Shown piece by piece: positions 28,801 to 34,592 of a stretch of 35,918 nucleotides of DNA. Every line of letters begins with the position of its first letter. The stretch's first letter is position 1. The DNA comes from an uncultured Pseudomonadota bacterium (GTDB taxonomy: Bacteria; Myxococcota_A; UBA796). The translations under genes and the position numbers were made by a program. The notes under the pieces were generated by a model. It saw only the letters and a program-made list of their open reading frames with translations. It was not told where the DNA came from and did no database searches. The stretch covers positions 1 to 35,918 of the forward strand of contig CAKZLX010000594.1 of NCBI GenBank assembly GCA_937127265.1, read 5' to 3'.

Positions 28801-30847
28801 AGGGGCAACGGACACTTGGTATGACGGAACGGACTCCAACTGTGACGGTGCCAATGACTTCGACCAAGATGGCGATGGTTTTGACTCGGATCAATATGGC
28901 GGCGACGACTGTAATGATGAAAGTGCCACTGTGTACGTGGGTGCCACCGATGCTTGGTATGACGGAATCGACGCTAACTGTGATGGACTAGACGATTACG
29001 ACCAAGATGGCGATGGCGAACGGGCAACTGCGCATGGTGGAGATGACTGTGACGATGAAAACCCACTGATCAACACCTCCGCCTCCGATAACAACGGTGA
29101 CGGTGTGGATGACAACTGTGACGGTGTCCCAGACGATGGTCTATCTGATGTGGATCAAGACCAAGATGGGTTCACCCCAACCCAAGGAGACTGTAATGAT
29201 GATGACAACACAGTATTCCCTGGTGCACCTGATGACTGGTATGATGGCATCGATTCCAACTGTGATGGCGCCAACGACTACGATCAAGATGGCGATGGAT
29301 TTGATTCGGATGGGTATGGTGGTATTGACTGTGACGATCTCAATGCCAACATCAGCCCTTCTACGGTTTGGTATGCCGATACTGATGCCGATGGTTTTGG
29401 AAACCCCAACAGCACCACCCAATCTTGTACCCAACCCAGTGGGTATGTCCAAGACAACAATGACTGTGACGACGGACGAGCACAAACCTATCCAAATGCA
29501 CCGGAACTCTGTGATGGACTGATCAACCAGTGTGGTGGGTCTCTCCCCAGTGATGAAGTAGACTTTGATGGGGACTTCTATGTGGAGTGTTCGATTGATG
29601 CCAACGGTTGGAACGGAGCACCAGCAATTCAAGGAGGCGATGACTGTGACAACACCGACGCCACTCGAAATCCTGGTGCTAGCGAAACGTGGTACAACGG
29701 CATTGATGAAAATTGTGATGGTGCCAGTGATTTCGACCAAGATGGTGATGGACAAGACAGTGCCGACCATAACGGCAACGATTGTGATGATACCGATGCC
29801 ACAATTTACCTTGGTGCCACCGACACTTGGTACGATGGGGTCGATAGCAACTGTGATAGCGCCAACGACTATGACCAAGATGGCGACGGTTTCATGGCTT
29901 CTGCCTACAATGGCTTGGACTGTAATGATACCAATGCCTTGATCAACCCAAGTAGCCCTGACGATCAAGGTGATGGGGTTGATGACAACTGTGACGGATA
30001 TGCTGACGAAGCCCTTCTGGAAACTGCCAACGACCTTCAAACAGGTGCAATACTGGTGACTGAAGTGATGCAAAATCCGGATGTGGTCAGTGATGTCAAC
30101 GGCGAATGGTTTGAAGTATTCAACAGCACCAACTCCGACATCAACCTGATTGGCTTGCAAATCAGCGACTTGGGTACCGATTCATTCACCATCGATCGTA
30201 CCTTGGTGGTGGAATCCAACGACTATGTGGTTTTGGGTAAAAATGGAGATACCACTGCCAATGGTGGTATCGAGATTGACTTTGCCTATGGTTCACAAAT
30301 GACCCTCAGCAACACCGAAGATGAAATTGTCTTGGGGAATGATTTGGGACTGTTGGACATGGTGGCTTGGGACAATGGACAAACCTTCCCTAATCCAACG
30401 GGGGCATCAATGAACCTCGATCCATCGTTCTACAGTGAAACCGACAACGATGATGGGTCCAACTGGTGTGAACCCACCACTGCGATGGCTTCCGGTGACT
30501 TGGGTACGCCTGGGGTGGAAAATGACGCTTGTGGTGGTACCGTCCAACAATACACCTATGCCAACGACATTTTGCCGATTTTGAACGGGTCTTCTTGTAC
30601 GGGATGCCACAGTAACCAGTTCTCCAGTTTGAACACACTGTTAAACACCCAATCGGGTGACTACTCTGGTTCAAATGCGGCTGCCAACATGCCGTGGATT
30701 ACCCCGGGCGACGCGACCAATTCCTACATGTACTTGAAGATTCAAGGTACTACAGCCTATGGTAGTCAAATGCCACAAGGTGGTGCACCGATTTCAGCGG
30801 TCGATCAACAAATCATCGAGCAATGGATCATTCAAGGTGCCCAATGA
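19856..30847 (+). CDS. Giant (3,663 aa) hyper-acidic repeat lipoprotein: MopE-like/TSP3-like Cys-pair repeats + lamin-tail domain + cytochrome c-like C-terminus
   Basis: A single uninterrupted frame. An in-frame TGA at 19826-19828 leaves no earlier start. MNWFNASAVSVLLVAC has a lipobox. There are about 71 tandem units of consensus GGTDCDDTdatIn.gAtE.WYDG.D.nCDGlsDYDQDGDG.dsdqY. A C-terminal LTD and a CTGCH motif follow. Confidence 0.9.
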   Translation: MNWFNASAVSVLLVACGDKDTGFAEEDYQEGSTAGDCTDNFDNDFDGLKDCEDEGCSDAAACLPDAERDQDGDGFTPTDGDCDDSDASVYPGAEDAWYDGVDADCAGNSDYDQDQDGYDSDEYGGTDCDDSNSNINTDAQDTWYDGIDSNCDGLSDFDQDGDGEDSTEYNGVDCDDTDATINTSASDTWYDGVDSNCDGASDYDQDGDGYDSDQYGGADCNDMSVAVNPGATETWYDGIDSNCDGLSDYDQDADGQDSGNFNGTDCDDTNDSIYQGAPDAWYDGIDSDCAGNSDHDQDGDGQNTTAVGGTDCDDTDPNEYFGATETWYDGIDSNCDGLSDYDQDGDGDDALQYGGTDCDDTNPLLNTSAIEVWYDGVDQDCDGLSDYDQDGDGFDALQYGGTDCDDTDATIYVGAPDSFYDGVDSDCAGDNDFDQDGDGHPSITYGGTDCNDFNAEVYAGATDLWYDGIDSNCDGLNDYDQDGDGFDSSAHGGNDCDDTNPSISPIMTDTWYDGIDTNCDGLNDYDADQDGFDSIDHGGTDCDDDDATINPGITDTWYDGIDSDCDGLNDYDQDGDGYPAQSTGGDDCDDTNASVYPGASDSWYDGVDSNCDGLADYDQDGDGFDSVDHGGTDCDDTNATVYVGATETWYDGVDSNCDGLNDYDYDGDGEDALFAGGTDCADNNPNINTQATEIWYDGTDQNCDGLSDFDQDGDGQVTTIIGGPDCDDTDPSVYDEAPEVWYNDIDNNCDGLSDFDQDGDGFDSDQYGGTDCDDTNEYVNTDASDANLDGIDNDCNGQIDEGAQAGDQDGDGYDETQGDCDDDDPNIYPGAPDTWYDGIDADCAGNDDYDQDGDGDPSRQYGGSDCDDGDSSTYGGAPEVWYDGIDQDCGNDSDYDQDGDGQESIAFGGSDCNDIDPSAYFGATEVWYDGVDQNCDALSDYDQDGDGVDSDQYGGLDCDDTDVSTYMGADEIWYDGIDQNCDGASDYDQDADGQDSDQYGGTDCDDIDEDIYVGATDVWYDGKDSNCDGLDDDDQDGDGEYPISRGGPDCDDTDANINTSADEIWYDGIDQNCNDDNDFDADGDGYDSYLHGGTDCDDEDVTAYLGATEIWYDGIDQNCMGDNDFDQDGDGFESIDYGGTDCDDTNPLTNPDASDANLDGVDNNCDGQIDEDGLPGDQDGDGQDESQGDCDDSDPNIYLGAPDAWYDGIDSNCAGLNDFDQDGDGEASADYMGFDCNDTDGTINTDATEIWYDGIDQDCAGDNDYDQDGDGEDSDQYGGTDCDDTDATIYADAREIWYDGIDQDCNGGNDFDRDLDGEEAIEYGGTDCYDLDSTINTQASDANTDGIDNDCDGEIDEDAEAGDADGDGFDEDAGDCDDTDPTVYPGAVEIWYDGLDQNCDGLSDYDQDGDGDTHDQYGGNDCDDTDPTIQVGTTEIYYDGVDQDCDGWSDFDADMDGFDSADYGGTDCDDTDGTVSPAEIEIYYDGFDQNCDGLSDYDQDGDGFDSDQYGGTDCNDGDALINPDAADDNGDGADDNCDGTPDDGVIDSNDLDGDGYTPDAGDCDDDDPPINPEADEVYYDGIDQDCDGMSDYDVDFDGEDSDLYGGTDCDDSNPYINTSASDANLDGLDNDCNGQIDDGAQPGDQDGDGFDELSGDCNDEDVAIFPGATEVWYDGVDQDCAGDNDFDQDGDGEISDQYGGFDCNDTDPNINPDALDINNDGVDDDCDGTADNGSVSAADLDDDGFSEDDGDCDDADPTINPDAVETYYDGIDANCDGLSDFDADQDGEDAIDYNGADCDDADPNINTSATEIYYDGIDQDCNELSDFDADQDGDDSIDYGGLDCDDADTFIYSGATEIWYDGVDQDCSGGSDFDQDEDGEDSIDYGGTDCNDTDAFINTQASDNNNDGIDDDCDGTPDNGGQITDFDGDGYISDQFGGLDCDDNDPNINPDATDDNGDGIDDNCDGVADDSADMDGDGLSFTEGDCDDNDPDVYPGAIDTWYDGIDSDCNGESDFDQDGDGEDATQYGGVDCDDQNPLINTSASDANLDNIDNDCNGQIDDGAIPGDQDGDGYDESQGDCNDDDPDIYPGATEVWYDGVDSDCAGDNDFDQDGDGEEPLEYSGTDCDDTNVDVNTSGDDNNSNGIDDDCDGVIDNGGISTDLDGDGITEDEGDCNDNDADIYPGAPDAWYDDVDSDCAGNNDFDQDGDGYTSDQFGGLDCNDTNELINPSITDDNADGVDDDCDGSADEDEIDNDGDGVRSSEGDCNDNDATISPNANEIWYDGIDQNCDDLSDYDQDGDGYDSDQYGGTDCNDTSVYVFLGANDPWYDGVDSDCGGNSDYDRDEDGYDSVDYGGTDCDDNDLLINPGIVDANNNGVDDDCDGQIDEDGATDNDGDGYTTDSGDCDDSDATVYPGAPDNWYDGTDSNCDGASDYDQDGDGEDSMDHGGTDCMDIDATINTQATEIWYDGVDQNCDGLSDYDQDGDGEDSIDYNGTDCEDTNAAINTSATDDNADGVDDNCNGLTDEGSDLDGDGFSVLDGDCNDANVNINPNAQELFYDGVDQNCDGLSDYDMDGDGDDNDQFGGTDCNDDNPGIYYGAPETFYNGKDEDCFGDSDYDADQDGFDSDAYGGTDCDDSNALINPNAADNTADNIDNNCNGQTDEGVGGVDNDGDGYTNLDGDCNDNDITINPGASEIWYDGVDQNCNGDDDFDQDGDGETAAGYGGTDCDDTEALLNSQTVWFADNDADGYGNGDDTQMGCTQPVGYIFDEGDCNDNSEHSYPNADEICDGLDNDCDDSIPLNEMDQDQDGYAICDIHIDGWLGDANVVGGGDCQDADPQINPGVTEVYYNSIDQDCDGLSDFDADGDGFDSDQHGGTDCDDSNALINPNAIDDNLDGVDDNCDGVADESATIVDNDNDGYTNADGDCDDNDPTVHPNATEVWYDGIDQDCAGDNDFDQDQDGFDSADYNGTDCDDTDATVYVGATDTWYDGTDSNCDGANDFDQDGDGFDSDQYGGDDCNDESATVYVGATDAWYDGIDANCDGLDDYDQDGDGERATAHGGDDCDDENPLINTSASDNNGDGVDDNCDGVPDDGLSDVDQDQDGFTPTQGDCNDDDNTVFPGAPDDWYDGIDSNCDGANDYDQDGDGFDSDGYGGIDCDDLNANISPSTVWYADTDADGFGNPNSTTQSCTQPSGYVQDNNDCDDGRAQTYPNAPELCDGLINQCGGSLPSDEVDFDGDFYVECSIDANGWNGAPAIQGGDDCDNTDATRNPGASETWYNGIDENCDGASDFDQDGDGQDSADHNGNDCDDTDATIYLGATDTWYDGVDSNCDSANDYDQDGDGFMASAYNGLDCNDTNALINPSSPDDQGDGVDDNCDGYADEALLETANDLQTGAILVTEVMQNPDVVSDVNGEWFEVFNSTNSDINLIGLQISDLGTDSFTIDRTLVVESNDYVVLGKNGDTTANGGIEIDFAYGSQMTLSNTEDEIVLGNDLGLLDMVAWDNGQTFPNPTGASMNLDPSFYSETDNDDGSNWCEPTTAMASGDLGTPGVENDACGGTVQQYTYANDILPILNGSSCTGCHSNQFSSLNTLLNTQSGDYSGSNAAANMPWITPGDATNSYMYLKIQGTTAYGSQMPQGGAPISAVDQQIIEQWIIQGAQ
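20057..30007 (+). repeat. In-frame tandem coding repeat, basic period 138 nt (46 codons), about 71 units
   Basis: I counted units by their first-Cys motif (xDC[DN]D). A representative unit, TDCDDTDATINTSASDTWYDGVDSNCDGASDYDQDGDGYDSDQYGG, has 46 aa, of which 14 are Asp and 2 are Cys. Confidence 0.85.
30050..30478 (+). other. Lamin-tail domain (LTD) within the giant protein
   Basis: ILVTEVMQNPDVVSDVNGEWFEVFNSTNSDINLIGLQISDLGTDSFTI..YVVLGKNG.. matches the bacterial LTD pattern (INE..nP.g.D..gEw.EL.N.....dLsGw.l.d) as I recall it. Confidence 0.75.
30551..30844 (+). other. Planctomycete-type cytochrome c (PSCyt1-like) domain with CxxCH
   Basis: YANDILPILNGSSCTGCHS (CTGCH at 30596-30610) ..WITPGDATNSYMYLKI..QMPQGG.PIS..QQIIEQWIIQGA fits the remembered PSCyt1 pattern (PIl..C..CH ... 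PG.p..S ... MP ... WI..GA). Confidence 0.7.
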
Positions 30848-31698
30848 TAGTGTTCAGTTGTCTGACAGTATTGGGCTTTTTCACGCAAAATGTATTTGCC
30901 AAAGAAGCTCAAACCGTAGACCTCACCGGCTATTGGGAATCGGAAAGTGGTGTCAAAGTATTCATTCCGATTATGCGAGATGGACCGATGCCCTTGGTGT
31001 TGATGAACAAAAAACCAACCGTACTCATGGGCAAGTGGGACTGGGCTAGCCAAACACTGCAAGTCAATAACTCTCGATTTTCGATGGTGGAAAATCGATT
31101 GGTGATGACCAATAATAAAGTCACCCAAACCCATCAGCGACTGCAGACGCTCACCCCACAATTTAACCACGGGATTTGGTATCACGAGGGCAAAGGCGAA
31201 CTGCTCATCAGCAACGACGGTAAAACAGAGTGGATCATTCAAATCCCACCCTCACAACAAGCCACTATTCACAAAGCCAAATGGCGGCCCGAAAACGAAG
31301 TGTTAAAAGTCAGACTGGATGGTCGATGCACCCTTGACTGGTTGTATGAGCCGGATGACAACGACTTGATGTACATGCTCTGTCCCAACACCGAACACGA
31401 CTGGTTGCGGATTCACAAACCGACCACCTTTCAAACTGTCGATTGGTCAGGCACTTGGACATCCAAGCAAGGTTGGACTTTGGAAATGGATATGAGCGGA
31501 CAGCAATTTGGTAAGGTGTACATCGAATCCGAAGAACGAATCATTGACTTTACTGCCAGTTGGATCGGGCGTTCTGAAGGACACAGTATTCTGTTGGAAC
31601 GCAAAAAAGAATCCAACGCCATTCTGTCTGTGGACCCCAATCTCCCCGCGCGAGCTACCTTGCGTATTGATGGCTTGGACATTGTCTTTACCCGTTAA
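30844..31698 (+). CDS. Secreted protein of unknown function with three GxW-initiated internal repeats
   Basis: ATG 30844 overlaps the giant gene's TGA 30845-30847 (ATGA). MIVFSCLTVLGFFTQNVFA looks like a signal peptide. There are three ~90-aa segments beginning LTGYWESESG, NHGIWYHEGKG and WSGTWTSKQG. Confidence 0.6.
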   Translation: MIVFSCLTVLGFFTQNVFAKEAQTVDLTGYWESESGVKVFIPIMRDGPMPLVLMNKKPTVLMGKWDWASQTLQVNNSRFSMVENRLVMTNNKVTQTHQRLQTLTPQFNHGIWYHEGKGELLISNDGKTEWIIQIPPSQQATIHKAKWRPENEVLKVRLDGRCTLDWLYEPDDNDLMYMLCPNTEHDWLRIHKPTTFQTVDWSGTWTSKQGWTLEMDMSGQQFGKVYIESEERIIDFTASWIGRSEGHSILLERKKESNAILSVDPNLPARATLRIDGLDIVFTR

Positions 31699-31727
31699 TT
31701 TCCAATTGTCTTTACACGAGAAAACAG

Positions 31728-32504
31728 ATGACGAGTCCTATTTTCATCCCACATGGTGGTGGTCCCTTACCACTGTTAAACGACCCACGACACCAAACCT
31801 TGATTTCTTTTCTCCAACAATTGCCGACCACCCTTGAAAAACCTTCGGCGATTGTGGTAATCAGTGCACACTGGGAGGAATCGACCTTTGCCATTACCAG
31901 TCACCCCAATCCAGCTTTGTTGTATGATTACAGTGGCTTTCCCAAAGAGTCTTATGAGATCACCTACCCAGTCTCTGGGCACCCGGTCTTGGCACAGCAG
32001 ATCGAACAATTGTTAAGACAAGCCAACCTACCCACCTCACAAACGACATCCCGCAAACTAGACCACGGGGTCTTTGTTCCTTTGAAACTGATGTATCCCA
32101 GCGCTGATATCCCAGTGGTTCAAGTATCCTTACACCGTAGTTTGGATCCTTCCCTACACATTCGCTTGGGAGAGGCACTCAAAGGATTGGATGACAGTAT
32201 CTTATTGCTGGGATCAGGGTTTTCCTATCACAACTTGCGGGCATTTTTCTCACCAGATCCGCGTCATCGAGAGGCCAATGTAGCCTTTCACCAGTGGTTA
32301 CGTCAAGTCTGTACCCAAATGTCCCGTTCGGAGATGCTTGAACACCTTCGACAGTGGACAATTGCCCCTTCGTCACAACTGTGTCATCCTCGTTCGGAAC
32401 ACCTCTTGCCCTTGATGGTCTGTGCTGGTGCTGGACGAGGTGTAGCAAAATCGATTTTTGATGGGGTCATCTTTGGGAAGCAGAGTTTGGGACTGCAATG
32501 GTGA
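31728..32504 (+). CDS. Class III extradiol ring-cleavage dioxygenase (LigB/YgiD, DOPA 4,5-dioxygenase-like)
   Basis: IFIPHGGGP, VISAHWE, YDYSGFPKESYEITYP, LDHGVFVPLKLMYPSADIPVVQVSL and GSGFSYHNL are the conserved blocks of this family. Confidence 0.85.
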   Translation: MTSPIFIPHGGGPLPLLNDPRHQTLISFLQQLPTTLEKPSAIVVISAHWEESTFAITSHPNPALLYDYSGFPKESYEITYPVSGHPVLAQQIEQLLRQANLPTSQTTSRKLDHGVFVPLKLMYPSADIPVVQVSLHRSLDPSLHIRLGEALKGLDDSILLLGSGFSYHNLRAFFSPDPRHREANVAFHQWLRQVCTQMSRSEMLEHLRQWTIAPSSQLCHPRSEHLLPLMVCAGAGRGVAKSIFDGVIFGKQSLGLQW

Positions 32505-32519
32505 CCAAATGATTCTTGA

Positions 32520-32951
32520 CTAGACCGAATAGAGTCCAAAATAGACCATCGCATTTAGAATCCGTACCGACAATGGACTTGTAGTAGAGCTTTGATTCAG
32601 TTGTGTCATCTTCGTGTTGATTTGTTCTAGCTCTTGGTAATCCAACCAAATCACCCCACAAGCATCACAGTGATCTAATACGATGGTTTGATCGCCTAAA
32701 AACCCAACCTTTTGCATTGGTGTGAGTGTTGGACACTTGGGACAAGATATCGTCTGTTTATTTTCAGTGACAATCGTTGGCGAGGCAAAGGTACTGTATT
32801 CAATACTCCCTGCAGTCTCTATCGCGACTGGATCCAACTCTCCCTCATCCAATACGACGCCTTTACAAGAAGGACAATACTCTATATCAATGTCATTGTG
32901 CTGATATGCTTGTAATCCTTGATCACAATGTGGACAGTTAATTTGTTTCAT
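32520..32951 (-). CDS. Double TFIIB-type zinc-ribbon protein
   Basis: Two copies of CPxC..(17-20)..CPSCKGVxLDxGEL / CDACGVIWLDYQEL. Start at ATG 32951 preceded by GGAG; the track's start at 32978 is GTG. Confidence 0.75.
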   Translation of the reverse strand: MKQINCPHCDQGLQAYQHNDIDIEYCPSCKGVVLDEGELDPVAIETAGSIEYSTFASPTIVTENKQTISCPKCPTLTPMQKVGFLGDQTIVLDHCDACGVIWLDYQELEQINTKMTQLNQSSTTSPLSVRILNAMVYFGLYSV

Positions 32952-32999
32952 AACATCTCCAAGTTCAATTATGTTCACTTCATAGCATACTGTGACTTG

Positions 33000-34571
33000 T
33001 TATTCCACTCTCTCATGACAGACCGCCCGATAGATTTGCCAGACTTCTTTGTTGATGGAGACCACTTCGTGTACCTTGCTCCATGCCTTTGGAAACTGCT
33101 CACGCTCGCTGGCAAACAAGGCCGCCTCGTTACTCAAACCTGAGGTGGCTACGTAGTCCTGATAAGAACACTCTCCCTCATATTGAGAATAGGCTTTGGC
33201 ACGTTGAGGATAAATCGCCTTGTCATACTGGGTCAAGGAATCGGTCACCCATAGCGTTGCCCGTCTGGAGGTTTGTTGTCGCATCCAACCCCGTACAGAC
33301 ATAATGCGGGTTGAAATACAGGTCTCTCGTTCAAGTTGAAGGGTTTGCTCAATTGACGAACCATTCCAAGTAAACCAAAGCAAACCAGATAAGGCCAACA
33401 GACCTTTCCAACGAAAGATATCGAGCCACACTTGGGTCGACCAAGCCAATAGAATGACTGCTGGTGCCCACAATACGGTGTAGTGATAGGGTTCAAAAAT
33501 CGGCACCACAATTAAGGGTACCACCGCCAGCAAATGCACGAATATCCAAATACCCTCTCCCCAACGTACTGTGGTTGGTTTGGTTAACCAAAAGTTCCTC
33601 GCCCAAAGGGATACCGCAGTAAACAAACTAAAACCCAGACAAAACAAAATCGGTGTTTTCATGTCTTGCATCAAGGAACTGGAGGAGGCATCTAAAAATG
33701 ACCACCAAGAATCGGTAAGCCCAAAACGTTGGCCAAAAGAGCCCCAAGTGGTCTCCAGTTGCATTTGACCATCAAAGTCAGTAGCCCCAGCCATCAAAGA
33801 AAGGTCCGATGTAAAAATCTTCCACTTTTCACCGTAGATCCACTGGGCATACAAATGCACACCATACCAACCCAACAAAGGTACTGCACCCAACATATAC
33901 CAACCCAATCTGGCAAATGCCGAACGCCATCCCGACCAAGTCAATCCCACCACACCAAGCACCGATAAGGGAAAGAGCAGTATGCCCTGCTCTTTGGCAC
34001 AGACAGCCAATCCAGCGACCAAACCAGTCCCCACCAACCAACCTCGACGTTGCCACACCGAAGATGGTTCAGCCCGCAACAGCGACCAACCCACAAATAA
34101 ATGTACCACAAACAGGGCATTGACCAACATTTCAGCATTGAGCCAGATGATCAGTTTACCAAAGGCCGAAGACCCCATCATCATCCCAACAGCACCGATT
34201 ATAACCAGTGGAGAAGTCCATCGCAGCAAGCCTATTAACGTAGTCGCCACCAACACCGAGAACGACAAACGGGCTACCATTTGTAAGGCTTGTACCTCGC
34301 TGTACCCAAAGGCGTAGAGCCAAGCCCCCATCCACAAACTCAACGGGGGACGATCACCTTCCACCTGACCACTGATCACATCACCATACTGAAAGTTAAT
34401 CAGTCCATCCACCCACAAGACCGCATCCATAAAACAATACGAGGCTTCAGCAATTGTCGTCAGATTTTCCAACCAGCATAGCGTACCCACGACCATCGCC
34501 AGCCACAGTGACATCATGCCCCAAATTGGTAACCGTAAGGGACCCAACAAGCCTTCCAATGATGATTTCAC
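33000..34571 (-). CDS. Polytopic membrane protein, possible GT-C (ArnT/PMT-like) glycosyltransferase
   Basis: More than 10 hydrophobic segments and a soluble C-terminal ~100 aa. An early-loop D..GDRPPLSLW segment is reminiscent of the GT39/GT83 families. GTG start with no clear SD. The family call is tentative. Confidence 0.45.
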   Translation of the reverse strand: MKSSLEGLLGPLRLPIWGMMSLWLAMVVGTLCWLENLTTIAEASYCFMDAVLWVDGLINFQYGDVISGQVEGDRPPLSLWMGAWLYAFGYSEVQALQMVARLSFSVLVATTLIGLLRWTSPLVIIGAVGMMMGSSAFGKLIIWLNAEMLVNALFVVHLFVGWSLLRAEPSSVWQRRGWLVGTGLVAGLAVCAKEQGILLFPLSVLGVVGLTWSGWRSAFARLGWYMLGAVPLLGWYGVHLYAQWIYGEKWKIFTSDLSLMAGATDFDGQMQLETTWGSFGQRFGLTDSWWSFLDASSSSLMQDMKTPILFCLGFSLFTAVSLWARNFWLTKPTTVRWGEGIWIFVHLLAVVPLIVVPIFEPYHYTVLWAPAVILLAWSTQVWLDIFRWKGLLALSGLLWFTWNGSSIEQTLQLERETCISTRIMSVRGWMRQQTSRRATLWVTDSLTQYDKAIYPQRAKAYSQYEGECSYQDYVATSGLSNEAALFASEREQFPKAWSKVHEVVSINKEVWQIYRAVCHERVE

Positions 34572-34592
34572 GCTATCTAGTCCGCCAAACCA

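Noticed and set aside
20057-30007. A regular ~138-nt periodicity that could superficially suggest a CRISPR-like or satellite array.
   Set aside because: The period is exactly 46 codons in one open frame. The units are contiguous with no unique spacers and diverge mainly at synonymous positions. This is a protein repeat, not a CRISPR array or a non-coding satellite.
19883-30219. Dozens of long ORFs in the other five frames of the giant gene, e.g. 29141-30160 (-) 339 aa, 21818-22711 (-) 297 aa, 20252-20884 (-) 210 aa, 25011-25673 (+) 220 aa and 22890-23504 (+) 204 aa.
   Set aside because: Their translations are monotonous Ile/Val/Thr- or Met/Thr-rich strings that mirror the GAY/GGY/TGY-rich sense codons. 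A stop-poor composition keeps the shadow frames open. They have no independent start context and lie wholly inside a frame with strong protein-level periodicity.
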